Of a stretch of 64,000 bases of DNA, positions 1-13,769 are shown in pieces (within the stretch, counting starts at the first letter, position 1; each line of letters starts with the position of its first letter). The stretch lies in the NCBI RefSeq assembly GCF_009914755.1, contig NC_060925.1. One strand, given 5' to 3'. The notes beneath the pieces are model-generated. The model searched no databases and had not been told where the DNA came from. It saw nothing but the letters and a program-made list of their open reading frames with translations. A program made the translations under genes and the position numbers. Origin of the DNA: the human T2T-CHM13v2.0 reference genome, Homo sapiens.

Positions 1-305
1 GCATATAATTTATCCAACAGACTCGAGATAAGGCTGATTTTTTTTCCAAGTGGTATTTGTTTAAATGACAAATACTGAGGTTCGGGAGAAGGGAAGTCTG
101 GCTTATAAAAACAGATACCAAGGAGATCCAAACTAAAAATTCTACCAATTAGATCTTTATTCACTGATCATAATATTAAGTCTCTACTATGTGCCAGGAA
201 CTGTCCTACATCGGGACAGTATGGTAGTTTAAAAATATCCCTGCCCTCATAGAGCTTACAATCTAATATGAGAGGACAGACAACAAACAGAATATATACA
301 TGTTG

Positions 306-578
306 GCCTGTAATCCCAGCACTTCGGGAGGCTGAGATGGCCAGGAGTTTGAGACCAGCCTGGGCAACATGGCAAAACCCCATCTCTACAAAAAATGCAA
401 AAAATTCACCAGGCATGGGGTCGGGGGGGTGGTGTGCCTATGGTTCCACCTACTCCAGGGGCTGAGGTGGGAGAATCACTTGAACCTCGGGAGGCAGAGG
501 CTGCAGTGAGCCGAGATTGTGCCACTGCACTCCAGCCTGGGTAACAGAGAGAGAGAGACCCTGTCTCCAAAAAAAAAA
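306..578 (+). mobile_element. Alu, 5'-truncated with an internal deletion
   Basis: cctgtaatcccagcac...gagaccagcctgggcaacatgg...gcactccagcctggg, A tail. Confidence 0.9.
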
Positions 579-1239
579 ACCACAAAACAAAACATATATA
601 TATGTGAGATGGTGATGAAACTGGGCAACTCTGGGGTGGGAAGTTGCTATTTTGTACAGGGTAGTTAGCTAATAGGGTGATTTTTGATACTGGAGCGAGA
701 ACTTGAGAGGAACATGAATCATGAAGGTATCTGTGAAAAAAGCATTTCAGATGGAGGGGCAGTGATTCTAAAGGCCCCAAGACAGTGCTTGGAGTTTGAG
801 GAGCACCAGGCAGACCAGTTTGGCTGGAATAGGGTGATGGAGGCGGATGGGTGGGCAGTAAGAGCAGGGATCCAGATCATGCGGGGTCTTACATGCTGAT
901 GTAAAGACTCACTTTTCTGAGATGTGCGGCCAATGGACAGTGGTGAGCAGAAGAGTGACATGAGCTGACATATTTTAAAAGATTTCTCTGATATTGGGTG
1001 GTCAAAAAAGATAAAGATTGGGAATTGGCCATTGGATTCTGTAACCTGGAGTTTACTGGTAACCTTGACAAGAGCTATTCCGTGGAGTCTTGAGGATGAC
1101 AGACTGACTGGATTAGATCTTACAGAGAGTGGGAGGGAAACTAGAGATACCAAACAACAATTCTTTTGAGGTCCTTTTAAAGAGGAGCAGAAAAGGGGAA
1201 AGGTTGCTAAAGGGGGATGTGAAATTCTTCTTGAAAACT

Positions 1240-1567
1240 CAGCCCTAACACCCAATGCGACTATATTTGGAGAAAGGGCCTTTAAGGAGGTGATTAAGGT
1301 TAAATGACATCATGTGGGTGGGGTCCTAATCCAATAGGACTGGTGTCCTTATATGAAGAGACACCAGGAGCACATACACACAGGAGAAAGGCCATGTGAA
1401 AACAAGGTTGCCATCTGCAAGCCAAGGACAGAGTCCTCACCAAAAAACAACCCTGCCAGCACCTAGATTTTGGACTTCCAGACTCCAGAACTGTGAGAAA
1501 ACTAATTTCTGTTGTTTAATCCACCCAGTCCATGGTATTGTTATGGCAGCCCTAGCCAACTAATACA
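1240..1567 (+). mobile_element. MLT1A/MLT1B (MaLR) solo LTR, 5' end degraded
   Basis: ggacttccag..tccagaactgtgagaaa...ggcagccctag..aactaataca matches the MLT1A/B 3' end. Confidence 0.8.
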
Positions 1568-2587
1568 AAAGGGAAATTTGTATTTTAAGAGGGAATATTG
1601 TACCATGTTTATTTTCTGAAGTAAGCAATCTGGGAGAGGGGGAAATTACTGACGCAATGTTTTTGGGCAGTGGCTATAGAATGGGATTTAGTACATGGGA
1701 CAGGAGTTGGCTCTTGATAGGAATTTAGGTAGATGTGTACATGTGGTAGGGATGCTAGGGAAATTCTCTGAATCCTTTTATATTCTTGGTGAAACAGGAA
1801 GCAAGGTCATAAGTGCAGAGTAGAGGTGGGGTAGAAATTGGAGTTTGAGGGGAAGAAAGTATGAATTGTCTAGAAGCATGGGAGAATAAATGGACTGGGG
1901 AGATGTTTCAGGTTATTGGGCAATGCTAAGAGCCCACTGAAGTTAGTGGTCATACATTTAAAGTGAGACTAGTCATCACGCTTTTGTTTTTTCTGCAGGA
2001 TCATTCAGTTGGGTTAGATGGAAGGTTGGATCTAACCTGGGTTGGAGTTTTGCCAGGCAAGAATGAGAGGGAGACTATGCAATAGAGTGACTATAGTGAT
2101 GGTCTATAGAATCTAAGCTGGGAAGGATGAAGGGAAGGACCTGAGGTGGGTGAGAGAAACAACAGGAAGGTGGCAGAATCACTGCATTGTGGGTTCCAAA
2201 GAGGTAGAATTAGTAGTCAGGTTATTACAGTGGGTGAGCTGGAAAGGTGGGAGGTTGTGGTTGCAGGATGCCTGAAATTGAGACTATGCAGAGGGTGCAG
2301 TTGGAATCAAGATCTAGGGTATGTAAGGCTAAGTAGGGAAAAAATAACACTGGGGAAATGATCACAGAACTAAGAAGTCTGTGTAGACAATGAGTTATCC
2401 CAAGATTGATAAGGAGTTGTACCAGAGTCACAGCAAGCTCAATGCTATAATCTTCAAGGAACGAAGGGGAACAATTTGGGGCTCAGTAGATGGCTGAACC
2501 ATGGAGGAATAGCAAGCTGTATAGCTGAAAGGCATGAGCTCCAAGGCTGGCCATTTTTAGAAAAAAAGTAGGGCTAATGCTCTAGAA

Positions 2588-2803
2588 CAGGGTTTCTCAA
2601 CAGCGGAACCACTGACATTTTGGATTGGATACTTCTTTGTTTCAGGAAGCTGTCCTGAGCATTGTAAAATGACTAGCAGCATCTCTGACCTTTACCCACA
2701 AGATGCTAGTAGCACCTTGCCCCAGTAGTGGCAACTAAAAATGTCTCTGAGACTTTGCCAGATGTCCTCTTAGGGGCAAAGTCACTCCTGGTTAAGAACC
2801 ACT
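2588..2803. mobile_element. MER20 (hAT-Charlie MITE)
   Basis: cagggtttctcaac...tgacattttgg...gcagcatc...actaaaaatgtctc...ggggcaaa...gttaagaaccact. Confidence 0.8.
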
Positions 2804-2809
2804 CATCTC

Positions 2810-3322
<513 letters not shown>

Positions 3323-3503
3323 TTATGGCTATAATGTAGCCCATGTCTGTCAGCCTCAAGGAGGAAATGTATTCCACAATGATCTGACAGTCATCATCTA
3401 ATCATTCACTTCCTTTACCTGACCCAATTCGCCAAGTGAGTCATCCACTTCTTAAGGGATCTTACAATGCAGATTTCAATAATTATATTTAATACATGCT
3501 GAG

Positions 3504-3509
3504 TTTATT
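3504..3509 (-). terminator. TRIM45: TRIM45 polyadenylation signal AATAAA (a second one at 3824-3829)
   Basis: tttatt on +, about 1.2 kb past the stop codon; actual usage is inferred. Confidence 0.65.
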
Positions 3510-4082
3510 GCCATATAAGAAATCAAGAGTTTCAGAAGAACACACAAAATATATACAGTGAAGACCTTGGCAGGGCTGAGGCACCAGTGCTGTGTACATC
3601 CTCTCCCCAAATTCTCCAGCAGCTAAGAAGGCACACTATGAGTGAAGGCACAGTAAGAGTCAAAGCTCCCAGTTAACTTTCTAGGTATATAGATAACAGT
3701 GAAGACTACTCTAAAGACTACTCTACTAAAAAACAGAGCTGTGAGAAGGATGAAGGTGTCTAGATTTTCTGTATAAGTAGAACTGTAATAAATGTATGAG
3801 GTTCTATTTCAACACCATTCCCCTTTATTAACTTTCTATTTGTATGCCCTTGACCAAAGAGTAATCTTCCAGGCTTTGGGGCAGAAGGCTGTCATGGCAT
3901 AGAGACGGAGTAGGGGGACACCACCAAAACAAGATCACATTATCATGATCACAAAACATGTACCAGTAAATCCAATGAAAGTATGCTAACAAAAAGTGGA
4001 CAGGATGAAAGGAGGTTTCTAATCTCTAGGGGAAATATCTAAATAATGTGTAGCTCAGAGAAAAATGAAAAAGGTCATAATA

Positions 4083-4396
4083 GGCCAGGTGTGGTGGCTC
4101 ATGCTTGTAACCCCAGCACTTTGGGAGGCCGAGGCAGGTGGATCACGAGGTCAGGAGTTTGAGACCAGCCTGGCCAACATGGTGAAACCCCGTCTCTACT
4201 AAAAACACAAAAATTAGCTGGGTGTGGGGGAAGGTGGGGGGGAACCTGTAATCCCAGCTACTCGGGACACCAAGGCACGAGAATCATTTGAACCGGGAGG
4301 CAGAGGTTGCAGTGAGCCGAGATCATGCCACTGCACTCCAGCCTGGGTGACAGAGTGAGACTCTGTCTTTAAAAAAAAAAAAAAAAGAAAAAAAAA
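4083..4396 (+). mobile_element. AluS in the TRIM45 3'UTR (antisense to the mRNA)
   Basis: Full dimeric Alu with A tail, between the stop codon and the polyA signals. Confidence 0.95.
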
Positions 4397-4727
4397 GGGT
4401 TATATCAGAAAGGAACTAAACTACCTAGACCCTTCAGTGCCAATGGAATAGATACCTCCATACTGTACAAAATGAAAAGGAGTATCCTGTGGTAGAAAAA
4501 GAACGTTGCCAACCTACCTTTAAGAGAAATGTAGAGGTGGTTTTTTGTGCTCAACCATCCACAAGTACAATCAGTGAATAACTAACAAAAGAGCACTTGA
4601 ACTCCAGTGCAAGATAAGGCACTTTGTTTTTAATTCTATCAGTCTCTTTAGAATGAACGAAGGTCTGGGTCCTCTGGAAATCTCAAGTGGTGCTGCCTGC
4701 AGCTTTAAAAGGCTGAGCACAAACCCA

Positions 4728-4876
4728 TCAGAGAGCCACAGTCCTAAGTAGACTCCTCGGTGCGCTCTGCCCACCTGTCCATGTGCATTCAGATTTCTCA
4801 TTAAATTTTCCACAGCATGACCAGTGGGGATGACCTGGGTGGCCTTTGTGTCCATGGCCACAGCCTAGGTACCCAC
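4728..4876 (-). CDS. TRIM45: TRIM45 exon 6 coding part (GGYLGCGHGHKGHPGHPHWSCCG...RTVAL*)
   Basis: Acceptor catgtag|GT, 149 nt, TGA at 4728-4730; exon sum 488+734+130+115+127+149=1743 nt = 580 aa + stop. Confidence 0.96.
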
Positions 4877-5781
4877 CTACATGGGACAAAGAGGAAAGGA
4901 CAAAAATCAACCATTAGCGTGGAGGCCAGCAGTTACCATTATCATGGAAATTAGACCTCCTGGCAACATGCAGATTCATGGGAGTGAAAATATCTAAGAA
5001 AATCTTGGCAAGAGGAACAAGCTGTCTGACTGTTGTGCAGTCAGGAGGACCCTGAGAATTGATCACAGCAAATCAACTCATGTTAGCCGGAGTTCTAAGA
5101 ATGCTGTAGTGATAGAACTTACCACCTGAAGGAGGCGAACTAGTTTGCACATTAACTGTAAAATAAATTGGTTTGGATTTTAACTGTAAAATCATTGAAA
5201 TAAAAAAGGATAGGTTGGTGGACATTAAAAAAATAGAGGTAGATCCTCAAGTGTTTATACAGAAGGATGCAAAAGCCCATTTTATGGCCCATTATTAGAG
5301 TAAGGACACAATAATTTTTTTTTAAAGTAATTAGATCCCTAACCTAAACTGACTCCCTATCCTTTCTGTCCCCCGAAAGACCCAGACCTTGTTCAATTGG
5401 TTTAATCATCCACTCCCCTAGCCATGCCTCATTTGGAATTTATTTAAGGTTCTAAAAGGAATAAGATGGGTCCATAGTTTTCACACTGCTTAGGCCGCTG
5501 GAAAGGGACAGACAAACTGAGAATCCTACATAGAAGCACAGGGCTCATAGGAGCTGTACCAAAACTAACAGAACTGAGAGCTTTTAAGTCTGCTATTTCA
5601 ATTCAGAACAAGGAAGCTTTAAGTGACACTTTTAGAACAGTGGTGTCTCTACAATCACAGACTGTGCTTCCTAGAAACAGAGCCTAAGTCCAAATGTCTA
5701 GTGGCTGTGTGGTAGGGAAGGGCCCGTCGCTTGATTCCCACTGCTGGCAGAAAGGCCCAGAGGGTAGTGCTTTCTCCTTAC

Positions 5782-5908
5782 CTGGCATGGTGCCTCCACA
5801 GGCGCAGCGAGCGGTTTTCTGGCCCCCGCTGGAGCAGAAGGTGCAGCAGTGAAACACGCCTGAGTGTGGGCGGTGCTTTCTCCTCACCATCACAGTGAAT
5901 GGCGAGCC
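5782..5908 (-). CDS. TRIM45: TRIM45 exon 5 (end of filamin repeat GSPF, start of the Cys/His tail)
   Basis: ctgcag|GGCTCG...CCAG|gtaagg, 127 nt, phase 0 to 1. Confidence 0.96.
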
Positions 5909-6739
5909 CTGCAGTGTTCAGACCAAAAGCAATGAACAGCATCTTACGAGTTAACAGGATGTGCTGCGCATCACTATGTGCTAAACAGAGTCTGAGGCAC
6001 AGGGCCTGTCCTTGGATGGACAAGGACAACAGGAAAGAAACAGATTAGAGGACAAGAACCCTGCTCAGCTGAGAGGAGGCAGACACAGATGCAGTGGAAG
6101 CATCACAGGGTCTATGCAGCCCTCCTACCATGCTTTTCACCGCAGATGCTAAGTACTAGACGTAGGTACTGATTTATTCCATGTAGCTGAACCTGCTGGA
6201 CACTGAAAGGAGTCACACAGTCAGCTCCATTTTCAGTGACATCTGTATTAGCTGGGAATAATTGTTCTGGCAAGATGGCAGCAAAAGCAGAAGCCCATGC
6301 CACAATAAGCTTAAGCTTTTCTTGATGGATTCTGCCTCACTCTATCCTTGTATGAAGTATAAGTACCTAGATCATTCAATACATTAGTAATCTCAGACTG
6401 ACTTTTCTCTGGGATTCTCAATCTCAATTCTTAAGGAACCTCAGGTATAATAAGTAGAATGTCACAACCACAAAGATAGGACATTCTGTGGTCCCTTCTC
6501 CAATTTCTCAGCCATGTACCTCTTCTCACATACCAAGCTAGCCTCTTTCCTTCCATCCTGGACATGACTTATCTGTTTACTCACCCACTTATTCTGGGAC
6601 TGTAAAGACATATGGAAGGGAGAAAGGTTAAAATGTGTACAGCTAATAATTCTCAAATTAGTAACTCTCCCATCTGCCCCCTTTCCTTTAAGGATAACTT
6701 TCGTTCTCTAATTTATATCCCATGTTAAACAAAAAATAT

Positions 6740-6885
6740 TTATTTATTTTTTTAAAGATGGGATCTCACTCTGTCACCAGGCGGGAGTGCACTGGCACAT
6801 CCATAGCTCACTGCAGCCTTGAGCTCCTGGGCTCAGGCAATCCTCCCAAGTAGCTGGGACTACAGGTGCACACCATCATGCCCAA
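6740..6885 (-). mobile_element. Alu monomer/fragment in TRIM45 intron 4
   Basis: T tail, gatctcactctgtcacc...gtagctgggactacagg. Confidence 0.8.
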
Positions 6886-7997
6886 TTTAAATATTTAATA
6901 AGTTGCAATGTGCCTATCCTTATGTGAGAGCCACATTGTTTGCGAAAACGCAAAACAGAGAACCTAGCACCTTAGAAGTCTTTCAGATGTTAAATTTCCC
7001 ATCTTAAAGAGTTTACAATCCAGTTAAAAAACAACTTGGCATTCAAAGAAATGGGTTCAAATTCCTATTTTGCTACATTTGCTGTGTATTTTAATGCAAG
7101 TTTGGTGTCTCAGTCTAATTGGACACTGATCCCTGTGCCTGAAGGGTTTTGAGGCAAATTGAAATAATGTATGTAAAAACACCTAACCTGTTCCTGACAT
7201 ACCATAATTAGGTAAACAATAAATGGCTATTAAATATGAATGTTCCTTAGTGCACAAATCATAAGCCTAATATATCATGATGCTATATGGTATTTTACTG
7301 TCCCTGTCAGTGTTGATTTCTGTGGAGGGAAACCTCTGACTACTCCAATGTCAGCAGAGAGATTCTGCTCGACCTGTTAGTATCACCCAATTTTTAAAAA
7401 CTCATACTCTCTAAAGCAGAAAGTGCTCTACTTGTGTTATACTTGTTTGTAGAAACCATGGTAACGTAACTTGTTTGGTATATTTGTTTGTTTATAGGAA
7501 CCATAGTAACAGAAAAACCTATATGTAAAACAGAGTAGAAAATTACATGAGCAGATGGTTAGGCAGATAGATGACTAGTCAATTGTGAGGAGGGGGCATA
7601 ACCCTCTCAACTGTGTTCATGTCCAGACACAGTCTGGACAAAACTGGAAAATCCTGAGCTAGATTATATTTTTTGAATATGCATGGTTGTCTGCTGGCAG
7701 ATCACCCCCTGTGATCAAGACATCTTCTCCATATTAAGAATCCTAAGAAACCAACTGGGAGAATGATAAGCTATAAGCATAACTGCCTGGAGGTGACACA
7801 GGGATACAGGGTTCTTATGGTCAACAGCATCCTCCAGGAAGAATAAGAGTAGCAAAATCTGGGCTGTTTCTAAAGTGAAGAAGAAGACATGGGGATTCTA
7901 TTCAATCTCTCTGTATAGCTGATCCTATGTGAAATGTCTCCAGATCCTAAGACAGTAGAATCCAGGGAGCTCAGGGAAGCACGTGCACCAGTCTTAC

Positions 7998-8112
7998 CTG
8001 CACATGCTGTTCTTTGATGCAGACCCACACAGTATAGACGCCAGGTTCCTTGGGGGTGTAGGAAATGTAGTATGTCCCATCCTTGTTATCCTGGACCATT
8101 GTTCTGACTGGG
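7998..8112 (-). CDS. TRIM45: TRIM45 exon 4 (filamin repeat: VQDNKDGTYYISYTPKEPGVYTVWV)
   Basis: ccattcag|C...GTGCAG|gtaaga, 115 nt; DNxDGTY and PxxPG filamin motifs. Confidence 0.96.
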
Positions 8113-8629
8113 CTGAATGGAGATAAGAGTCAAAACACCACTCACTTCCACAAGCTGGCTTCAGTTGCTACTATTTCAGAATGTAAACTCTACACCATCC
8201 CATTCAGTATTAATGTTAAATATACCCAAACAGGATGCTTCTTCCATTTGCTTCAGAAGTTAATTTTACAACAGAAGGTAAACAGCATAAATTCCAATTT
8301 AGTCTGATATTCAGACAAATTCCTTGAATATATTATTGTGTCCTTTTCAACAGGCTTCTGTTGAACCCTCTTGCTCTGTTGTCCCTCCTCCATTCTACAA
8401 TTCCAGAGAAATATAAACATGCTCCAGGCATAATTTAGTACCAAAGGGAGACTGAATTTTGAAAAGGGTACCATTCAGTCTAACACAGAATATTTTTCAA
8501 CTTATTCTAAAGCTTGAGATGAAAACAATCTGAGGGGCAGACCATAGCTTTGAGAGAGAATTGAATACAAAACCCACACAAGAAAACACATTTGGTCACG
8601 TAACGTTTCATAGTATTATGGGGAGGTAA

Positions 8630-9013
<384 letters not shown>

Positions 9014-9038
9014 TGACACCTAATTGTGTCATACAAAC

Positions 9039-9168
9039 CTGTCTTTCTTATCTTTAGGGACAACGGCAACTTGAACGTTGTCTCCTCCCCTGCCCATGAT
9101 TTCTCCTGCGGCATCCTTACAAAGCAGGGTGAAAGAGGCCGTCTGTTTCTCCCGGGCTCTGTGGAGGT
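9039..9168 (-). CDS. TRIM45: TRIM45 exon 3 (filamin repeat: ASFTLLCKDAAGEIMGRGGDNVQV)
   Basis: tctttttcag|AC...GACAG|gtttgt, 130 nt, phase 1 to 2. Confidence 0.96.
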
Positions 9169-9670
9169 CTGAAAAAGATAAACACTCGGTCCTCACCTCG
9201 AATGTAAACTGCAGTGACTACATCTCCATCTTGCTTTTTCTCTTCAGAACAAAGGGTTGTACTTTACTGTAACCACCCTGGGTCCCTTTGTTTTCTCTTC
9301 CCCTTCTGCCTCCCAGAGTACGCCTCTTGGGAGTCCTTCCTGGTTGGCCTGGTTCTCTCAGCTAGCAGCTGCTTTGGATCACACAGGATCCTGGACCTTA
9401 CCTTCAGTCCTAGGACTGAAGGTCCTATGCTTTAAAAATACTCACGACTGACCGAGGTATTTAAAGAAAACCTCTAGACCCTGTGAGAGAGGATAGTAAC
9501 CCCAAAACCACCCTCCCTAAGCTCCAGATCCTGCTGGGCTAGGCAGGGAGTACAGCTGACCAGCCTCACGACCCTCCATGTTTTGAGATCCTCTGCAACT
9601 TGGTAGCTCATGCCAAGGTACTGGGGGGATATCCAGTAGCTACAGCCCCTACTCCAGCATTCAGATGAAA

Positions 9671-9832
9671 CAGGGTTTCTTAACCTGAGGTTCATGAACT
9701 ACTATGAGGTCTATGGAAAGGCTTATGAAGAGTCTAAAAATCTGGAATTGTATGCACAAGTTACTGGGTGTTTCTGTAGGAGAGAACATTCTCAAAGAGA
9801 TCTATGGCTTCCAAACAGTTAAGAATGCCTGT
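9671..9832. mobile_element. Degenerate hAT-Charlie-type MITE
   Basis: Terminal inverted-repeat-like ends cagggtttcttaac...gttaagaatgcctg; family not assigned. Confidence 0.5.
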
Positions 9833-10456
9833 GTCATTAAGATGCAATCTTCCTATCAGGACTGACCTACTGACCTGTGAAACATATGTTTTAATAATAT
9901 GCTTCCATTAGAAAGGGAACACTCGTTAAAAAAAACCATTTTTTCCCCCAATTAAATGAAACACCTACCATATCCTTTTAAATGCCAGTAAAGTTGATGT
10001 GAACCAAAAAGGGCCTAAAGGAAAGGAAACCGTAATCTCATCTTCCTCATTCCTCTGAAACTCCCTTCAGAACTTGATCTAGGAATCCAGGGCCTGCCAT
10101 GCTCCTCTCTGAGCAGGCAGAATTTCACCTGGCCCTAGTCACTGCTGTTACCTCCAACGGGCACTGTCTCTGTTCTGCCATCTGATAGAAACAAAACATG
10201 ATCTGTGTGTTTCTCAGCCATTATTACTTCTCTGAACTGGAAAAGGGTCAAGCCTCACTCCTGTATTAACTGTACCCTAGCCAGAACAAACCAGAAAGGG
10301 CAAAGGTGGGGGTCACTGTCTTTCAGATCAGTTTATCTCCCCACCTTTGGTAACCTGGTCAGTAGGGCATGCTTCCTAGCAGAACAAGCCACCAATCTTC
10401 ACACACCATCTCCCTGTCCACTGCCCTCTCAATGTCAATGGGAAATGCCTTCCTAC

Positions 10457-11190
10457 CTTCTCCTTGTAGGACACATTTGGCTGGATCAACCTCTTTGGTA
10501 TTAATCGTACCATAAATTTCATAGCCACGGCACTGGCCTGCTTTCTCCTGAGGACAGAAGCGTATCTTATCATTTACTCCAGGACGGGTGCTATATTGAA
10601 CTTTGTTCAGCTTCCTGAGCCGTTCTACCACCACCCTCTTGGTGATGAGGATCTCCAAGTCTGAGCCGCTGGTCAGCAAGTGCTCGGTGAACTCCACTCC
10701 AGTCCGCATGTCTGCCAGTAACTGTTCCAGCTGGGCCTTCTGCAGCTGCAGGGAATTTTCCTTCTGGGCCCGTATGTCTTCCAGCTGCTTCAGCAGCTTG
10801 TCCCGATGCTCCTCAATGGCCTTAATGTAGCCCTCCGAGAATGTCCGGACATCAGCTGCCACTGCCTCCACTCGCTTCTGGAGGGCACTGTTTATTATGT
10901 GGATCTGAGCCAGGGCTTCCTCCAGGGCCTCCACGTGGGGCTGAGTACCTTTGAGGAGCTCCCACACAGAGTCCCCATGCTTGTGGATGACATTGCTGGT
11001 GAAGTCACAGGGGTGTTCCCGATGCTCCCCCACCACACAATCCTGGCACACGGGCCGGTCACAGAACTCACAGAACAGCCTCAGTTCCTCTGCAGGGTGA
11101 ACAGGACACAGGATGGGCTTCCCAATCCGGCTGTAGCCTTTCAAGTCTTTTAGGTCCACCATGGTGTGGTAAGTCGTTTTCTTCTGCCGC
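10457..11190 (-). CDS. TRIM45: TRIM45 exon 2 (end of B-box 1, B-box 2, coiled coil, start of filamin repeat)
   Basis: ttgcccctag|G...GAAG|gtagga, 734 nt; B-box CPVH..L.LFCEFC...VCQDC....H..H; long heptad region. Confidence 0.97.
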
Positions 11191-11746
11191 CTAGGGGCAA
11201 ACAGAATCAGTAACAGGAAATAAGGGGATAATTCTGTTGGGAATAGTTGGGCAGAGAGATTTTAGGAGCACAGGATCTGAAGTTAAACAAACCTGATTTC
11301 AATTCCTTGCTCTAATCTCTAATTGCATGAACCTCTCTGATTCCAGTTTCTCATCTGTACAGTGGGGACAATACCTACCTGAAAGAGCTGTTGTATAGAA
11401 TAACGTGTGAACAGACTAGGGCTCTGGCTGGCTACATGCCTATGCAGAAGGTTGCAAGACTATGACTGCATGCTAGAACTTTCCCAAAGAGTTTAGACAA
11501 GAGTCACAGTCGGCTTCCTAAGGTAAGCTAGCAGTGAGGGCATGGCAGAAAACCAGCATCAAGAAACAGAAACCATGCCAGATAACACAGCAATAAAGTC
11601 CAAGCAATTAAAAAGCAGACACCAAGTCTCATCTAGCTTGCATCTAAGATTTTGGTGAAGCATTTCTGTTGACCTGTATCACCCAAATCAGCAGGCTAGA
11701 ATTTTTTTCAAGAGACATCGTCAACATCATTAGAAAGCGTGAAACC

Positions 11747-12052
<306 letters not shown>

Positions 12053-13136
12053 GAAAGTGTGAAACCAATGGTTAGTAGAATCAAAGCTCTCTTTCTAATT
12101 CCTTTCCTATAGTAGCCCTCTAGAGATGTAGGGAAATCCTTAGGAAAACATGGTGACTGTTCAGAGTTCCTCCATTAGCATTGTATCAATTTGAAGCTTA
12201 TATGCCTATTCTGGCACCAGAAGAGTGGCTGCAGAGAAAATAGGGTTAGCTGGTTTGGCTGGCAGCAAGACAGTCGCAGGGACTATCACATAATTACAAG
12301 TTAAAAATAGAGTGAAGTCTACAAACTTGTTCTGTTAGTGTAGCCAGAAAACAAATGGAAGTAGAACCCGAAACCTATTTTAGGCTAATCCTAAAACTGT
12401 GGTCATTTTATATTCTGGTGTCCTAGGATGGGGTAAGGTAAGAGTACGAAGGGACAAAAGTGATCCATCTGACAAACTATTCACCAAATGCCATAAAACA
12501 CATAGTCTGCACCCCAATTAACACCTACCAGCCCACCTCACCAAGCTCCAGAGTAACTCTAAGGTACACAAAGCAAAAGCTGAGGTCCGGCCAATCATCA
12601 TCACCTATTCTAGGAGCACAGCATGGGTTACTGGAATGTAGTCAAAATGATCTGGATTTAATACTCAGTTCTGTTACACACTTACCAACTGTAGGACCTT
12701 GGCAAATCACATAATATTGCTGAGCTTGTTTCCCCAATTAATAAATGGGGGCGAAAACAGGGCCTGCTTTTCTGTAAGAGTTGCAAGATCGAAGGAGATC
12801 AAGAACAGGATCTATGCTGTTATATTCATTCTCCTGTTTCTCCAGCACCCAGTACAATTATTCACTACACGAATGACTGAAGGAAACTGTAGCTGCACTT
12901 TGTAAATTGAAAGGGTTTATTGCTATTGCTATATTAGGCTATATATTAGGTACTATATTAGGCTAACCGGGTTAACTGTTGTACTGGAGTATTTGCTATT
13001 GCATTGTTATATTGCTCTTTGACCTTCCACGGTATTTGAGAAGGCTTTCCTTTTCATCTGCTCACCGAGGGATTTGTCTTGACACCTCTTTGTAATCTGC
13101 TCTTAAGCTACACCTGATGGAGTGTCCCATCTTTAC

Positions 13137-13624
13137 CTATGAGCCTGGCAGCAGAAGTGGCAGAGGTTGGCTTTGCAGGTCTGACACCTCTTCTCTACTT
13201 CCCTGTCGTTGCACAGGTCACACACCAGGCCCTGGCCTTCCCCACGTAGGCTCTCCAGCATCACATCATTCACGGCCAGGTGGTCTATGGTTAAAGCCTT
13301 CACTCCACCCATGGGCAGGTCCACCTGAGCATCACATACAGGACAAAGGATGCCGATCTGCGACTGCAGACTTCGTGGCTTGAGTTCCTGGAATATTGAC
13401 CCCTCAGAGCTTGTGTCAGAGTCTCCCCCTCGGATGTCCACTACTGAGAAGGGCTCCAGCTGCTCCAGACACGTGGTGCAAACTGTATGCAAACAAGGCA
13501 AGAGCCTGGGGGCTTTGAAAAGCCCCAAGCACAGGGGGCAGTGAGTCTTGCCTGAGTTCCCAAGTGCAGTCCCACTAGTGAGTTTGCTTACAAAGCCCAG
13601 CAGCGGTTTTCTGTTTTCTGACAT
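13137..13624 (-). CDS. TRIM45: TRIM45 exon 1 coding part (C3HC4 RING and B-box 1)
   Basis: ATG at 13624 (MSENRKPLLG); C29,C32,C44,H46,C49,C52,C94,C97; donor ATAG|gtaaag; 488 nt. Confidence 0.97.
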
Positions 13625-13769
13625 ACTCCTCACGTTTGTGACCAATATTAGAAAGGGCCCTGGGCAGTTCTACGATTTAGTAGCAGGTGATTAAGCCCAC
13701 CCAAAGAGAAAGTTTCCAGAACTTGAACAGAGACCATGGGGACTCCCTCGCTGACAAATAAAAGGGCAG

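Larger units (their letters stand above)
165..2575 (-). mobile_element. Old LINE-2 remnant, interrupted by an Alu and an MLT1 LTR
   Basis: L2 3'-end-like text (ctactatgtgccagg...ccctgccctcatagagcttacaatcta) and L2-like purine-rich body; boundaries approximate. Confidence 0.6.

Noticed and set aside
1-165. Possible 3' end of the neighbouring TTF2 gene
   Set aside because: No coding exon or clear polyA signal is visible; the adjacency is only from memory
10359-10456. Open frame past the TRIM45 exon 2 donor
   Set aside because: Ordinary intronic read-through; I saw no adjacent polyA signal
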